The position numbers and the translations under genes are program-made. A stretch of DNA of 64,000 nt, taken from Prorocentrum cordatum (lineage: Eukaryota). The stretch's first letter is position 1; every line of letters begins with the position of its first letter. Shown here piece by piece: positions 1 through 13,789 of the stretch. Location: positions 62,001 to 126,000 of the forward strand of contig CAUYUJ010000259.1 of NCBI GenBank assembly GCA_963575745.1, in the 5' to 3' direction. Below the pieces are notes generated by a model. That model was not told where the DNA came from. It saw only the letters and a program-made list of their open reading frames with translations, and searched no databases.

Positions 1-1031
1 GAGAAGGATGTGGAGGAGAAGCAAGAAGAGGAGAAGGAGGCAGAGGAGAGCAGGAGGAGGGTGAGCAGAGGGGGGGGATGATGATGAGGAGGAGGAGGAG
101 GAGGAGGAAGAAGAGGAGGAGGCCAGAGGCTTTCTTGGGAAAGTCCAGGGCTCTCTTGAGGCCATCTTGGGCAGGCCTCCTGGGCAATTTGGGGCTCTCC
201 TGGGCTGTCTTGGGGCAGTTTGGGGGCCCCTTGGGAGCCTCTTGGGGCCTCTTGGGGCTTCTTCGGGGCCTCTTGGGGGCCTCTTGGGGCTGAGAGCTCG
301 AACTGTCCGTTCGGGTCCCCCGTCTGGGCACTCTCCTGGAGCCGTCTTGGGGGCCTCTTGGGCCGTCTTGGAGGCGTCTTGGGCAGTCTTGGGGCCCTCT
401 TCGGCCGTTAGGGGACCCTCTTGTGGGCCTCTTGGGCCGTTTCGGGGCGATCTTGGGTGCCTCTTGGGGCCTCTTGGGCCGTTTTGGCGCGTCGGGAAGC
501 GGAAGAGGCAAGAACGCCAAAATCATTCAAACACGTATGGGAAATCGATGATTTTTGCCTCTTGGGGCTCTCGTGGGAAAGCTCCTGGAGGCCTCTTGGG
601 GCGCTCTGCAGGCCTCTTGGGCCGTCTGGAGGCCGTCAAGATGTCTTGGACGGATCACTTGGCGATTCGGGGTTCTCTTGGACTGTCTGTGGGGCCTCTT
701 GGGGGCACTCTTTGGCCCGTTTTGTGAAGTTCTTTTGAGCTCCGGGCTTCCCGCGGGGGGCGTCTGGCCCTGCTCCCCCGGGACGCCCCCCCCCCCTGGG
801 GGGGGGGGGAGGGATCGAAGGGAAGGGGCTTCCCTCCGACTCCATTACGGCGTTGCTCCATTTCGCTTCGGCTGGCGCGCTGAGGAGGTCCCTGGGAGAG
901 GGGGGGAGCTTCGACGAGCCCAGGGACGGGGGGGAGGCAGGGGAAGGGGACGACAGAGGCGACGACCAGCAATGAGGGGGATGACGACTTGAACGGACAA
1001 GCCCCTCGCACGCGCCGACAGGCTCGGCGGA
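1..1031 (-). mobile_element. Non-autonomous Helentron/HINE-like element, truncated by the window start; body of CCTCTTGGG-type repeats
   Basis: Ends in CACGCGCCGACAGGCTCGGCGGATT. Bases ~800-1031 align by eye with ~42900-43189, which ends CACGCGCCAACAGTGTCGGCGGATT. The interior is rich in CCTCTTGGG/GCCGTCTTGG motifs. Confidence 0.6.
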
Positions 1032-1441
1032 TTAGTTCTTGCTCCAACCATGGCATTTTGGACCAAGGCCACCTTCAGGCTCGGCGCTGTCCAGGCTACA
1101 GTGCCGTTTTTAATACATGCTCCGCGCGCGGACCATGTACAACAAATGCAGCGACTTAGTAGCAAAAACAACGACAAGTTCATGCATACATCTATTCATA
1201 TATAAATCATGTATGAATCCCATATTCTAAAAATCCAATGTGTTAAGACCTGCCCTGCAATCTCTGGGCAGGGCGGCCTCCGCTGCGGCTCGGAAGTCCG
1301 GTGGGGGGGGGGGGCGCTCCGGGGCGCTCCGGGGCGCCGCGGCGGCGCCCTGCGACGGCGGCGGGCGCCGAGGCCGCCGCGGGCACGCGCCGGGGCTCGC
1401 GATGGCGGCCGCCGGGGACCAGCGTTACGTATGCCGGGCGT

Positions 1442-1610
1442 GTCCCCCCTACCAGGGGGATTTTCGACGACTTTTATATACAACCCAAACACATACACCA
1501 AAAAGGTCAAAACATACCCCAAACATAGTCCCCGTACTTTTTTGGAATTTTGGTTTGATTCTTTTTGGGGCATTTTTAATGTTTCGTCGAAAATCCCCCT
1601 GTAGGGGGAC
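1442..1610. mobile_element. MITE-like element with ~27-bp terminal inverted repeats
   Basis: GTCCCCCCTACCAGGGGGATTTTCGACGA (1442-1470) is the near reverse complement of TCGTCGAAAATCCCCCTGTAGGGGGAC (1584-1610). The interior is AT-rich. Confidence 0.6.
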
Positions 1611-3104
1611 CGGCCCGACTTAAGACCAGCGCTCACTCGCGAGGCGCTGCGCCGTCGCGGGGCGGCCCTGGAGGCGAGGGGCGGAGAAGGCAGTTTCGGA
1701 GGATTTCGAAGGGCGAGTTCCCCCACTGCAGAGCGGGGGTCAAGCGCCTCGAGTTGGATCGCCCACGCGGAGTGCGGCCAGGTGCTCGTGACAGCCTAGC
1801 CAGCCAGGCGATGGAGGTCGACCTCTCCGCCCAGGCTCCCACCCCGCGCCCGTTCGGCGCGGGGCGGGCGGGAGAGTCCGCCGGGGGACAGCGCCGACGT
1901 CGGCGTTCAAAGGGGGGGGCCGCCCCCCCCCCCCCGCGATGCCATTCCCCCCTCGCTTCCCCGCCCTTGGGACGGGCCGGGCCTGCTCTGCCAGCGCAAC
2001 CTTGTGATCGGAGCCGAAGTCCCCGTCCTATCGTGTCTTGCCGGCCTGTCTCCGTGTTGCTTCGGGCTTTGAGCGCAGCGCGCGCCCTTTGGCGGACGTG
2101 AGTTCTTTGCGCCGAGCTTCTCGGGCGAGCGCCGAGCAAGCCAGGGAAGGCGTCCCTCCCTCGTTGCTCGCCCTCTTTAAGGTGTGCACCAAGAAGCGCG
2201 ATGGCGCTACCTCCCACCGCCACAAGGAGGTCGGCCAGCCGCAGTTCCGGAGCACGGCGTCGCGCCAGAAGTGCGGCGTGCGCGCGCCAACTTCAATTTG
2301 AACCTGGGCAACACGGAGGAGGTTTTGACGCTTCCACACACATTCCTCCACTGCCCTTCCTGGGGGCCCCGCAGGGGGCTCTAAGGTTTTAGTGCCTCCT
2401 GGGAAATCATGGGCGAAGCGCGACCAGTATTTTGAAATCCCGGTCTCATGTTCGCGGCTGGCGCCGCCGCGGTTTCCGCCGCATCTTTCCGTCTCCTTGT
2501 TGCACCGACGCTCCCCCGAGATGCTGCCCCCCCCCCGCTTCTCGGGCGGCGCGGGCCCGCGCTTGTCGCCCGGGCACGCGCCGTACTTCACCGGAGCCAG
2601 GGCGTTCGCGCGGCGTTCTGCGGGGACTGTTTGGAGTGGCTCGCGCTGGGGGGCCGGTGTGCTAGAGCCCCCCCACCGCGCTGCCGCGCCCGCGTCTGGC
2701 AACAGTATCCGCGGGCATCCTCTCACGCGCCGCCCGCGGCAACGCCCGAGCGTTGAGTGGAATGCGCTCGCGGAGGTCGTCCAGGGGGGGGCCCGCGGTG
2801 CCCGATGCGCGCGCCGTCGTCGGAGCGCGCGCGCGCGCGATTGCACTTCGCGCCGAAGGGGCCGCGCGTCTGCCCCGAGCGAGCGCCGAGGGCACCTGCT
2901 GTCGGTTTTCGTCAGGGCGGAATGCCACCCCCGACTCGCAGGAGGCGTCGGGAATCTCCTGCGGCAGATCGTGGATGGCCGGCCACCGCTGCGTCGTTGC
3001 GGCGAGGCGCCGGTGGAGATGGGTGCGCGCGGTGGCCCCCCGATCTCCCAAGGTCCAGCCGCGGCCCTGGGGCGCCTCGGGCGCCGCACTGCGCCGGGGC
3101 ACGT

Positions 3105-3300
3105 CGGCCGCCAGCGCGCTCCACTGCGGGCCTCCCCGCGCGGTGCTGCGGTCGGCGGCGGCTGTTCTCGAACAGTGGAAGGTGGTGTTGGCTGAGCCCG
3201 CCGCCATGTCCGCCTTCAGCAACCTGTGCGGCCGCCTCGCAAGGGGAGACCTGCCCGCCGGTGCCGCCAACGCCCTGGCACTCTCCAGACTCCACTCCTG
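3105..3300 (+). pseudogene. Fragment of a non-LTR retrotransposon reverse transcriptase (CRE/R2-like N-terminal region)
   Basis: Frameshifted LRASPRGAA.G...LEQWKVVLAEPAAMSAFSNLCGRLARGDLPAGAANALALSRL resembles the aGpsG.r.Eh.k...l..G.lp...a.arL segment that precedes RT domain 1 in site-specific non-LTR elements. Confidence 0.45.
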
Positions 3301-3794
3301 CAATGACCCGGCGGCGGCGTGCGACGGATGGCAGGTCCCAACTTCCTCCGCCGCCTTGCGATTAAATTCCCAGCCCGAGGGACGAGGTCTCAACCCGGGA
3401 AACCTCAGCTCCCGCCAGCCCTGGCATTGGCTGATCCCCAACCGTTGAAACGTTGTTCCCAACCGTGGAAGCGGAGAGGCCAAACACTGGAAACGGAAAG
3501 GTCGAGCCGTGGAACGGAAACGGAAAAAGGTGTAATGTGGTAGATTCATGGAAAGCGCGTTGGGTGGAATTCCTGCGGCTGGAGTGACGTGTCGTAGGGT
3601 TTTTCCAGCGTCTGGTGTTCGGCAGCGGTGGGGCTAACAATGGGAGGGCGTTGCGTTGCAATGGCGCAACAGTTTTGGTAAGAAACCAGGGGAGCGACGA
3701 CAAGGGGGATTCAGGGATGAACAGAAAGGGGAGGAGGAGGAGCAGGGGGAGGAGGATGATGAGGAGGAGGAGTTGGAGGAGTTGGAAAGGATGA

Positions 3795-3901
3795 GGTAGT
3801 GGTAGCAATAGTAGCCGTATCATGGGGGTAGTAGCAATAGTAGTAGCGGTCGTCGTAGTAACAATAGTAGTACCAGTCGAGTAGTAGTAGTAGTCGTAGT
3901 C

Positions 3902-3962
<61 letters not shown>

Positions 3963-4001
3963 GAGTAGGAGTAGGAGCAGGAGTAGGAGTAGGAGTAGTA
4001 G

Positions 4002-4036
<35 letters not shown>

Positions 4037-4145
4037 ATAGTAATAGTAATAGTAGTATAGTAGTAGTAGTAGTAGTAGTAGTGTTGTTGTAGTAGTACTA
4101 GTAGTAGTAGTAGTAGTGGTAGTAGTAGTCGTAGTAGTAGTAGTC

Positions 4146-4181
<36 letters not shown>

Positions 4182-4712
4182 ATAGTAGTAGTAGTAGTAG
4201 TAGTCGTAGTGGTAGTCGTAGTAGTCGTAGGAATAGTAGTATTAGTAGTAGTAGAAGAAGAAGAAGTAGTAGTAGTAGTAGTAGTAGTCGTAGTAGTAGC
4301 AGTTGTAGTAATAGTAGTCGTAGTAGTAGTAGTAGTAGCAGCAGCAGCAGTAGTAGTCGTAGTAGTAATAGTAGTAGTAGTAGTAGTAGTAGTCGTCGTT
4401 GTCGTCGTAGTAGTGGTAGTAGTAGTAGTAGTAGTAGTGGTCGTAGTAGTAGTCGTAGCAGTAGTCGTAGTAGTAATAGTGGTAGTAGTAGTAGTAGTCG
4501 TAGTAGTAGTCGTAGTAGTAGTAGTAGTAGAAGAAGAAGTAGTAGTGGTAGTAGTCGTAGTAGTGGTAGTAGTAGTAGTAGTAGCAGTAGTAGTCGTCGT
4601 AGAAGTGGTCGTAGTGGTGGTAGTGGTATTAGTAGTCGTAGTGGTAGCAGTAGTAGTAGTAGTAGTAGTAGTAGCAGTAGTCGTCGCAGTAGTTTTAGTA
4701 GCCATAGTAGTC

Positions 4713-4751
<39 letters not shown>

Positions 4752-4799
4752 ATAGTAGTAGTCGTAGTGGTAGTGGTAGTAGTAGTAGTATTATTATTG

Positions 4800-4835
<36 letters not shown>

Positions 4836-4908
4836 ATAGTAGTAGTACTCGTAGAAGTAATTGTAGTAGTAGTCGTCGTAGTAGTAGTAGTAGTAGTAAT
4901 AGTAGTAC

Positions 4909-4942
<34 letters not shown>

Positions 4943-5097
4943 CGTAGTAGTCGTAGTAGTAGTAGCCGGTGTAGTAGTAGGAGTAGTAGTAGTAGTAGTA
5001 GCAGTGGACGTCGTAGTAGTAGTAGTAGCCGAAGAAGTCGTCATCGTAGTAGTTGTGGTAGGAGTGCTAGTAGTCCTGGAAGTAGTAGTAGGAGTGC

Positions 5098-5131
<34 letters not shown>

Positions 5132-5166
5132 TGTAGTTGTAGTTGTGGTTGTAGTAGTAGTGTAGC

Positions 5167-5212
<46 letters not shown>

Positions 5213-5414
5213 ATGGTGGTGGTAGTAGTAAGAGTAGTAGTCATACTAGTAATCGTAGTGTTTGTATTGGTAGTCTTAGTCGCCAGCGTAAAAAGAAGAA
5301 GAAGTAGTAGTAGTACTATTTCAGCTACTGGTAGTGGTAGTCGTAGTGGTAATAACAGTAGTTCTGATAATGGTAGGGGTAGTAGTGTAGTAGAAGTAGT
5401 TGTAGTGGTCGTCG

Positions 5415-5445
<31 letters not shown>

Positions 5446-5528
5446 GGGGCGAGTCAAAGTAGTAGTGGTCGTGATACTCGTATTATAGTCGTAGTAGTAG
5501 TAGTGGTCGTAGTAGTAGTAGTGGTAGC

Positions 5529-5566
<38 letters not shown>

Positions 5567-5742
5567 CGGTAATAGTAGTAGCAGCAGTAGTAGTAGCAGT
5601 AGTAGTAGCAGTAGTAGCAGTAGTAGCATTAGAAGTAGGAGTGGTAGTAGCGGTCGTAGTTTTAGTTGCAGTTTTCGTTGAAGTCGCAGTCGTACTCGTT
5701 GTAGCAGTCGTTGCAGTAGTCGTAGTAGTAGACGTTGTAACC

Positions 5743-5794
<52 letters not shown>

Positions 5795-5844
5795 CATTAG
5801 TCGTAGTACTAGAGGTAATAGTAGTAGTAGTAGTAGTAGTAGTA

Positions 5845-5884
<40 letters not shown>

Positions 5885-6471
5885 CAGTAGCAGCAGTATT
5901 AGTCGCAGTAGTGGTAGTATTTGTATTAGTCGTAGTAGTCGTTCTGGTAGTAGTTTTAGCACTGGTAGTGGACGTAGTAGTCGTAGTAACCGCACTCGCA
6001 GCAGTCGTAGTAAGCGTACCCCAGCAGCAGTGGTAGTAGTAGTAGCAGTCGTCGCAGTGGTAAAAGTAGTAGAGATAGTAGTTGCTGTAGTGGTAGCAGT
6101 ACTGTTAGTTGCCGTAGAGGAACAATGCGTAGTAGTAGCAACAGTCCTTTTGGTAATACGTCCTCGTAGTAGTTGTTGTGGTCGTTGTTGGCGTATCCGT
6201 ACTCGTACTCGTAGTGGTACTAGTCGTAATTCGTGTAGTTTTGGTACTTGTAATAGTCTTAGTCGTCGTGCTCCTAGCTGTCGTAGTCGTATTACTAGTC
6301 GTTGTAGTCGCAGTACTGGTAGCAGTACTAGTGCTCGTAGAGGACGCAGTAGCAGACGTAGTAGTACTCGGAGTAGTAGTAGGATTAGTAGTTGTAGTAG
6401 TAATAATACGATTTGTAGTTGCAGTATTCTAAGTAGTAGCGGTCGTGGTTGTCGTAGTCGTAGTAGCAATC

Positions 6472-6504
<33 letters not shown>

Positions 6505-6621
6505 ATAGTAGTAGTAGTAGTAGTAGTAGTAGTAGCAGAAGTAGTAGCAGAAGTAGTAGCCGTAGTAGTAGTAATAATAGTGGCGGGGGTGGTAGTAATA
6601 GTAGTAGTAGTAGTAGTAGTC

Positions 6622-6658
<37 letters not shown>

Positions 6659-7075
6659 CAGGCGTAGTCGTGGTAGTCAGTTTCGCGGCCGTTATCGTTT
6701 TACTAGTAGTAGCAGTCGTGGTGATAGTAGTCGTAAAAGTAGTGGTAGTAGTGGTTCTACTTGCAGCACGTATGGGTAACACTACCCGTCGCATGCGTAT
6801 TGGTCGTATCCGTAGTCGTAGTAATACCAGCAGTTCTGCATGCAGTCCGTGCCACTTGTAGTTTGCGCATATTTAGTCGTATTAGCTGTAGCTGTTGTAG
6901 TGCCTGTTGCCGGTATATGGGTATTCACTGTAATAGCCGTAGTAGTTGGAACCGTATTCGCTGGTACACGTAGTAGAAGTAGTAGTAGTGGTCGCGTTTG
7001 TCATGGTGTTAGTCGTAGTCGTAGAAGCCGTAGTACTAGTATTATGCGTAGAAGTAGTAGTAGTAGTAGTAGTCA

Positions 7076-7120
<45 letters not shown>

Positions 7121-7276
7121 TAGTTGTAGTAGTAGCAGTAGTAATAGTAGTCGTCTGTAGTAGCAGTAAAAGTGGTAGTAGTAGTATTAGTAATAGTAGC
7201 CGTAGTCGTTGTAGTAGCGATAGCCGTTGTTGGTGTAGTGGTAGTTGTAGTAGTCGTATACGTAGCAGTAGTAGTC

Positions 7277-7323
<47 letters not shown>

Positions 7324-7476
7324 CATAGTGGTAGTAGTAGTAGTAGTAGTCGTAATCGTAGTGGTAGTAGTAGTAGTAGTAGTAGTAGCAGTAGTAGTAG
7401 TAGTAGTCGTCGCAGTAGTACCAGTAGTACTAGTCGTAGTCGTAGTCGTAGTCGCAGTAGACGTAGCATTAGTTGC

Positions 7477-7527
<51 letters not shown>

Positions 7528-7791
7528 CCAGTAGTAGTTGTAGTAGTAGTAGTAGTAGTAGGCGTCGTTGTCGTAGTAGTAGACGTCGTAGTAGTAGTGT
7601 TAGTGTTAGTGTTAGTGTTAGTGTTAGTGTTAGTGTTAGTGTTAGTGTTAGTGTTAGTGTTAGTGTTAGTGTTAGTAGTAGTAGTAGTAGTAGTAGTAGG
7701 AGTAGTAGTAGTAGAAGTCGTAGTAGTAGTACTAGTAGGAGTCGTAGTCGTAGTCGCAGTAGACGTACAAGTAGTAGTAGTAGTAGTAGTC

Positions 7792-7823
<32 letters not shown>

Positions 7824-8203
7824 TGTAGTGGCATTCGTAGTAGTAGTAGTGATAGTAGGGCTAGAACTGGTCGTAGTAGTACCCGTAGAAGTAGTAGTCG
7901 TATTGGTAGTCGTAGTAGTGGTACTATTTGCAGCCGTGGTCATAGTCGTAGTCCTGGTGGTCATTGTCGTAGTGGTAGTCGTAGTCGTGGTAGAAGTGCT
8001 CGTCATTATTGTAGCCGTAGTCGTACTCGTACTTGTAGTTGTAGTAGTCGTAGTTGTAGCTGTAGTAGTAGTAGCAGGAGTAGTGGTAGTAGTCGTCGGC
8101 GTGGTCGCCGTCGTGGTATCCATGATTGTAGTAGTTGCGATAGTACTGGTAGTCGTCGTCGTCGTCGCCGTGGCAGTGTACCTCGTAGTAGTCGTAGTGG
8201 TGA

Positions 8204-8237
<34 letters not shown>

Positions 8238-8295
8238 CGTAGTAGTAGTAGTAGTAGTAGTAGCAGTAGTAGTAGTAGTAGTAGTCGTAGTCGTC

Positions 8296-8335
<40 letters not shown>

Positions 8336-8496
8336 ATGTAGTAGTCGTAGTAAGAGTAGAAGCAGTAGTTTTATTCGTAGTAGTTGTAGTAGTATTAGCC
8401 GGTGCAGTGGTAGTAGTCGTAGAAGTAGTAGTAGTAGTAGTTGTTGTTGTTGTCGTAGTAGTCGTAGTAGTAGTAGTAGTAGTAGTAGTAGGAGTA

Positions 8497-8534
<38 letters not shown>

Positions 8535-8668
8535 CGTAGTAGTAGTAGTAGTAATAGTGGCCGTAGTCATAGTAGTAATAGCAATAGCAGTAGTAGCAGC
8601 AGTTAGTAGGCGTAGTAATCGTATTGCTAGTAGTAGTAGTGGCAGCAAATGCAGTAGTAGTACTTGTG

Positions 8669-8725
<57 letters not shown>

Positions 8726-9069
8726 CTAGCAGTAGTACTAGTAGCAGCAGTAGTAGTAGTAGTAGTAGCAGTCGTAGTAGTAGTAGTAGTAGCCGTAGTA
8801 GAAATAGTAATAGCAGTAGTGAAAGGAGTAGTCGTGGGGGTGACAGTAGTAGTCGTAGTAGTAGTAGTAGTAATAATAGGAGTCGTAGTAGCCGTAGTAG
8901 TCGTAGTAGAGGTAGTAGTAGTAGTGGCAGCAGCAGCAGTAGGAGTCGTAGTAGTAGTAGTAGTTTGGATCGTAGCCCTAGGAGCCGTAGGAAAACTGTT
9001 CGTAGTAGCATTAGTCGTAGTAGTACTAGTGGTTGTATCTGTAGTAGTAGCCGCGGCAGTTGTAGTGGC

Positions 9070-9107
<38 letters not shown>

Positions 9108-9180
9108 TGGTAATAGTGGTGAGTGTAGTCGTTGTAGGTGCCTTTCTAGTAGTCGTCATATAGTAGTAGTTGTGGTAGCC

Positions 9181-9214
<34 letters not shown>

Positions 9215-9461
9215 CAGCCGTCGTCGTCGTAAAAGTAGTAGTAGCAGTAGTATTATGAGTCGTAGTGGGAGTCGTATTAGTAGTAGAAGTAGTAGTAGTA
9301 GTCGTAGTAGTAGTAGTAGTAGAAGTAGTAGTAGTAGTAGTAGTTGTAGTAGTAGTATTTCTGGTAGTCGTAGTAGCAGTAGTAAAAAAATGATTGTAGT
9401 CGAGGTAGTAGTAGCAGGAGCAGCAGCAGCAACAGTAGTAGTCGTCATAGTAGTAGTAGTC

Positions 9462-9492
<31 letters not shown>

Positions 9493-9555
9493 CAGTAGTA
9501 GTAGTAGTAGTAGTAGCCGTAGTCGTAGTAGTAGTAGTAGTCGTAGTAGTAGTAT

Positions 9556-9611
<56 letters not shown>

Positions 9612-9629
9612 ATAGTAGTAGTCGTAGTG

Positions 9630-9661
<32 letters not shown>

Positions 9662-9795
9662 CGTCGTAGTTGTACTCGTAGTATTCGTCGTTTCTGATCG
9701 TAGCCGTCGGAGCCGTAGGATAATTGTTCGTATTCGCATCAGTCGTGGTAGTAGTAGTGGTTATCTCAGTCGCAGTAGTAGCTGTAGTTGTAGTT

Positions 9796-9854
<59 letters not shown>

Positions 9855-9943
9855 CGTAGTCGTACTGTAGTAGTAGTGATTGTAGTAGTTGTAGTGCATT
9901 TCTAGTTGATGACATCTAGTAGTAGGATTACTAGTAGTAGCAC

Positions 9944-9977
<34 letters not shown>

Positions 9978-10008
9978 CGTTGTAGTAGTAGTAGTAGTAG
10001 TAGTAGTC

Positions 10009-10043
<35 letters not shown>

Positions 10044-10075
10044 CGTAGTAGTAGAAGGAGTAGCCGTAGTCGTAG
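3795..10075. repeat. Degenerate (GTA)n/(TAG)n microsatellite, ~6.3 kb
   Basis: Visible trinucleotide tract with GTC/GCA/GTG variants and a (GTGTTA)n patch at ~7597-7675. Confidence 0.98.
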
Positions 10076-11820
10076 TTTTGAAGGTGTTCTTGGCTCGTCT
10101 CGTCTTCCAACAAGAGCGTTATATCACTTGGACCAGATTTGCACCAGGCGCGGTCCCAGCCGCCCGCGGCTGGACGGACACAAACACTATCGTAGTAGTT
10201 TGGGGACTTGGTTGCATATAGTCAGAATCTTGCTCGAACAACAGAAAAATGACTGCTTTTCTGACGGGTTGTAAGCGAGAGGCTGGCAGCCAACAGGTTG
10301 CTAACATTCCAGCGCGCATTTCCTGGACGGGGAACGGCGGCCGCATCGGCCGGGGCCCCTTCTCGTCGACGACCATTTGCCGACGGCAAAATCGCCGCCA
10401 ATCCAGCAGTCCCAGGCCCCCGACAGTCATGAATTATTCATGGCGTTCGTTTTGTACTTTTTATTGCGATGTCCTGAATATTGTGTTTCATGTTTCCTTG
10501 CTTTGGTTTTTTTCATCAAGTGCCGATTTTTCTGGTCAGTGACACCGCGTGACAAGACCTTTTCAGGGTTGCTCGCCCTTGTCAAGCCTTGATATCCCGT
10601 GGCAGCCCTTTGCAGGCCTCAAGCAGCGTCGGGGCCTGTCAAGGCTCACGGCTGTTGTCAAGGGTTGAATGCTGACCGATTTGGTCGTAAATGCCAGACG
10701 ATGGGCGATACAGGGCTCCCCGCGAGCGCGTGGTGTTCTGCTGCGCGCAATCGACTAGTCGCCATGTTGGTAGGGAAGCTAGTGTGCATCCTTAGCAGTG
10801 GCCGACACGATTTCACATGGCCTGCGCGGTGCGCGGGTCATTCGCCGCGCGTGCGCGAGACCGTGGCGAGTTCTGTAGTGTTCATTACCGGAAAGTCGCC
10901 ATGCTGGCTTGGGGAGTAAACTGAACGCTTCGCGGTGACAGATTTTATATTGAAGTGAACATGGGTTCTGGTGTACGATTTCACGCCTCATCAATAAGGA
11001 GACCCCAACACGCACGTGCGCGTGAACACTTCTGTTATGTCCACGGTGGGAAAGTCGCCACGCTAGCTTGCAACCCAAAAAGGCTCCTCAGCGTTGATTG
11101 ACAGGACTTCGGGGGACCCGCGCCGTGGGTGGGTCACCCGCCGCACGTGCTCGCGTGCATGAGGAGTTCTGCAATGTCCACGGCAAGACAGTCGCCATGC
11201 TGGCTTGGCAACCCAAGCAAAACCTTCCAGTAACCGACAGGATTTCGGGTGGCCCGTGCGGTGGGTGGGTCACCCGCCGCACGTGCGCGCGCGTGGCGAG
11301 CTTTGTCATGTCCACAATCCGGCGGTCGCCATGTTGGCGTGAAAATCAAGATGGAGCCTGAGCGGTGGCATATTTGACGTTGAAGTTGGTTTGGGTTCTG
11401 GCGTCAGAATTGCCCACAAGCGCGTGAAACGTCTTGCGTTGTCCACAATGGAAAAGACGGCGGCTCGTGAAGTGAACTCTTAGCGGCGGCCTACAGGATT
11501 TCGGGTGCCCCGCGCGGTGGGTGGGCCACCAAACGCGCGCGCAAGTGGCGTGCTCTGTAGTGTCCACGGTAGGAAAGCCGCCACGTTGGTCTTGAAGCTG
11601 AAAGTGCGCCCTTACCGGTGACCTTAACATGTTACGCATTGCCGAAGATAGCAAAGACATCCTGTTTGCGAGAAACTTAAAGCGAACCCGTTCCGTTCAC
11701 CCAGCGCGCGCGGGTCACGCGTGTCACTCGCCAGGCGCGTAGAGAAGATTTCGACCTCGTCCAATAGCAGCTACTTGCAGTGCGCGTGGCCCTTGCAAAC
11801 GCAAAACAAACGGCCCTCTC
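10076..11820 (+). repeat. Left terminal inverted repeat (~1.7 kb) containing subterminal repeats with a ~130-150-bp period
   Basis: GTTGCTAACATTCCAGCGCGCATTTCCTGGACGGGGAACGGCGG (~10297) reverse-complements to ~35857. GGCTGTTGTCAAGGGTTGAATGCTGACCGAT (~10649) reverse-complements to ~35571. TTGAAGTGAACATGGGTTCTGGTG (~10951) reverse-complements to ~35257. Confidence 0.85.
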
Positions 11821-12069
11821 TCTTCCTCCTCGTCTTCTGCCTTCCCCTCCTGCGCCTTAGGGAAAAGGAAAAGGATGATGAGGAGGAGGAAGAGACCACG
11901 ACGACGACCACGACCACGACCACGACCACGGTGACAACGACGCCGACGATGACGACGGGGAAAAATAGGGGGGAACAGGGGGGGGGGAAGTGGGGGAGGG
12001 CGACGGATAGGCCCCGAGCAAGCCAGCGTCGTGGTTCGAGATTGCGCGCCCACATATCACATATTCTCC

Positions 12070-12470
12070 ACTGCGGTTGATGTGGTTCTCCGTTTCTGCA
12101 TTTGGCCTCGTTCTCGGTTGTTAACGTTGGTTTCGTTTTTGAATTCTACATGTGGCTTCGTTTGTGGAGGCTACGTCTGGCTTTGTTTTACTACACCTGG
12201 CTTCATTTTCGGTTGCTGCAATTGACTTCGTTTTTGACTCGCTGCACCCGGCCTCGTTTCTGATTGGCTTTGTTCAGGGGTTGCTACATGTGACCTCGTT
12301 TGTGAATTGCTAAACTTGGCCGTAGTTTCGTTCAAACTCGTGTACTGCAATAGTGAATTGGCTCGTGGTTTCGACCTTTACTACAGTTGGCCTCGTTTTT
12401 GAGTTAATACATTTGGCCTCGCTGCTGCTTGCTACAGATGGGCTCGTCTATGGCTACTACACTTTTGATT
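12070..12470. repeat. Degenerate tandem repeat with a TTGGCCTCGTTTT...GCTACA core
   Basis: TGGC(C/T)TCGTTT recurs every ~35-40 bp. Confidence 0.6.
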
Positions 12471-12959
12471 TCGCCCGGCGAATACCGGGCCTGTTGCTAT
12501 ACTTCCCCCCGCCGCGCGCCGGGGGAATCCGATGCCGGGGCCCCCGGCATGTTTCCCGGGCGCGGGGCTCCCCCAGACGAGCGGGCCGCGCGGGGGGCGC
12601 CAGCCGACGAACGGCCGTCAGGCGAACCCTCGAGCGGGCCCCACCCCTGGGAACGATGGGGCAAAAACGCCGCGCACGACGGGGGCCAGTGTTCCAACCT
12701 GGTTACACTCCAAAGCCCTGGAGCCAACACAGGGAAAAGGATGAGGGGGAGGAGGACCAGGAGGAGAAACAGGAGTGAGAGGAGGAGGAGGAAGGTGAGG
12801 AGGAAAAGGAGGAGGAGGAGGGGGAGGAGGAGGAGGAGGAGGACGAAGAGGAGGACGAGGAGGAGGATGATGATGAGGAGGAGGACGGGGAATACCTCGA
12901 GGCCCCCCTCAAACTATCTGAACTATCCATTAACCATTTTTTTTCAGAGTTATGTTAAT

Positions 12960-13560
12960 AACCTATAGTGAATATATACTGAAATTATAATACAACCACA
13001 ACGCAATAACAATCCAAACCAAAAAACCACAACCAACACAAACAAAAAAACACACAAAACACAAAACAAACACGAACGAAACAAAACAAAACACAACCAC
13101 AACCAACAAAAAACAAACAACCAAACACACACGACCCACACCAAAAAAACACACAAACGAAACCAACAAGCAACACCAAAACAGCAACACAACCCAAACC
13201 ACAAAACACAAACACAAACAAAAACAAACAAACCAAGAACAACGCACACAAAACCAACACCAACAGTAAACAAGACAAAACCCATCGACCAAACATCAAC
13301 CAACCACCTCAACCAAAAACACACCAACCCTATCAACCACACATCAACCACATCAACAAAACAAGCCACCAACCACATCAAACGAAATCAAACCAACCAC
13401 ATCAAATGAAATCACCAATTCACCTCGACCAACCGGAAAAATGAAATCACCAACCACACCAAATGAAATCACCAACCACATCAAACACCCGAACACATTG
13501 AAATCACGAACCACATCAAACGAAATCAAACCAAAAGCACGCACATACAAAACGAAAGCG
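12960..13560. repeat. A/C-rich low-complexity tract (CAAAA / ACCACATCAAA)
   Basis: Directly visible; it produces spurious V/C/F-rich minus-strand ORFs. Confidence 0.85.
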
Positions 13561-13789
13561 GCCAAACACACGCCATGCCGATGCGCCGCTGACGTCGTCG
13601 CCATCGAAAGAGGAGAAAGGGAGGGAACATGATGAGGATGAGTGAAGAACAGGTGTGCGATGAGTGTTTTCGATGTTGATGTTAATGGTGATGGAATGCT
13701 TGCAATGGTGATGATGGCGACGATGACGATGATGATAGTTATGGTGGCGATGCTCATTGCCATCATGATGGTGAGTTGGATGATGAGGG

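Noticed and set aside
1047..1067. Spliced-leader-like ACCATGGCATTTTGGACCAAG
   Set aside because: It needs a gap plus four mismatches and no credible gene follows.
3362..10274. Long poly-Thr/Val/Ser/Leu ORFs (mucin-like), also at 35843-41186
   Set aside because: They are translations of the (GTA)n microsatellite, open in several frames on both strands.
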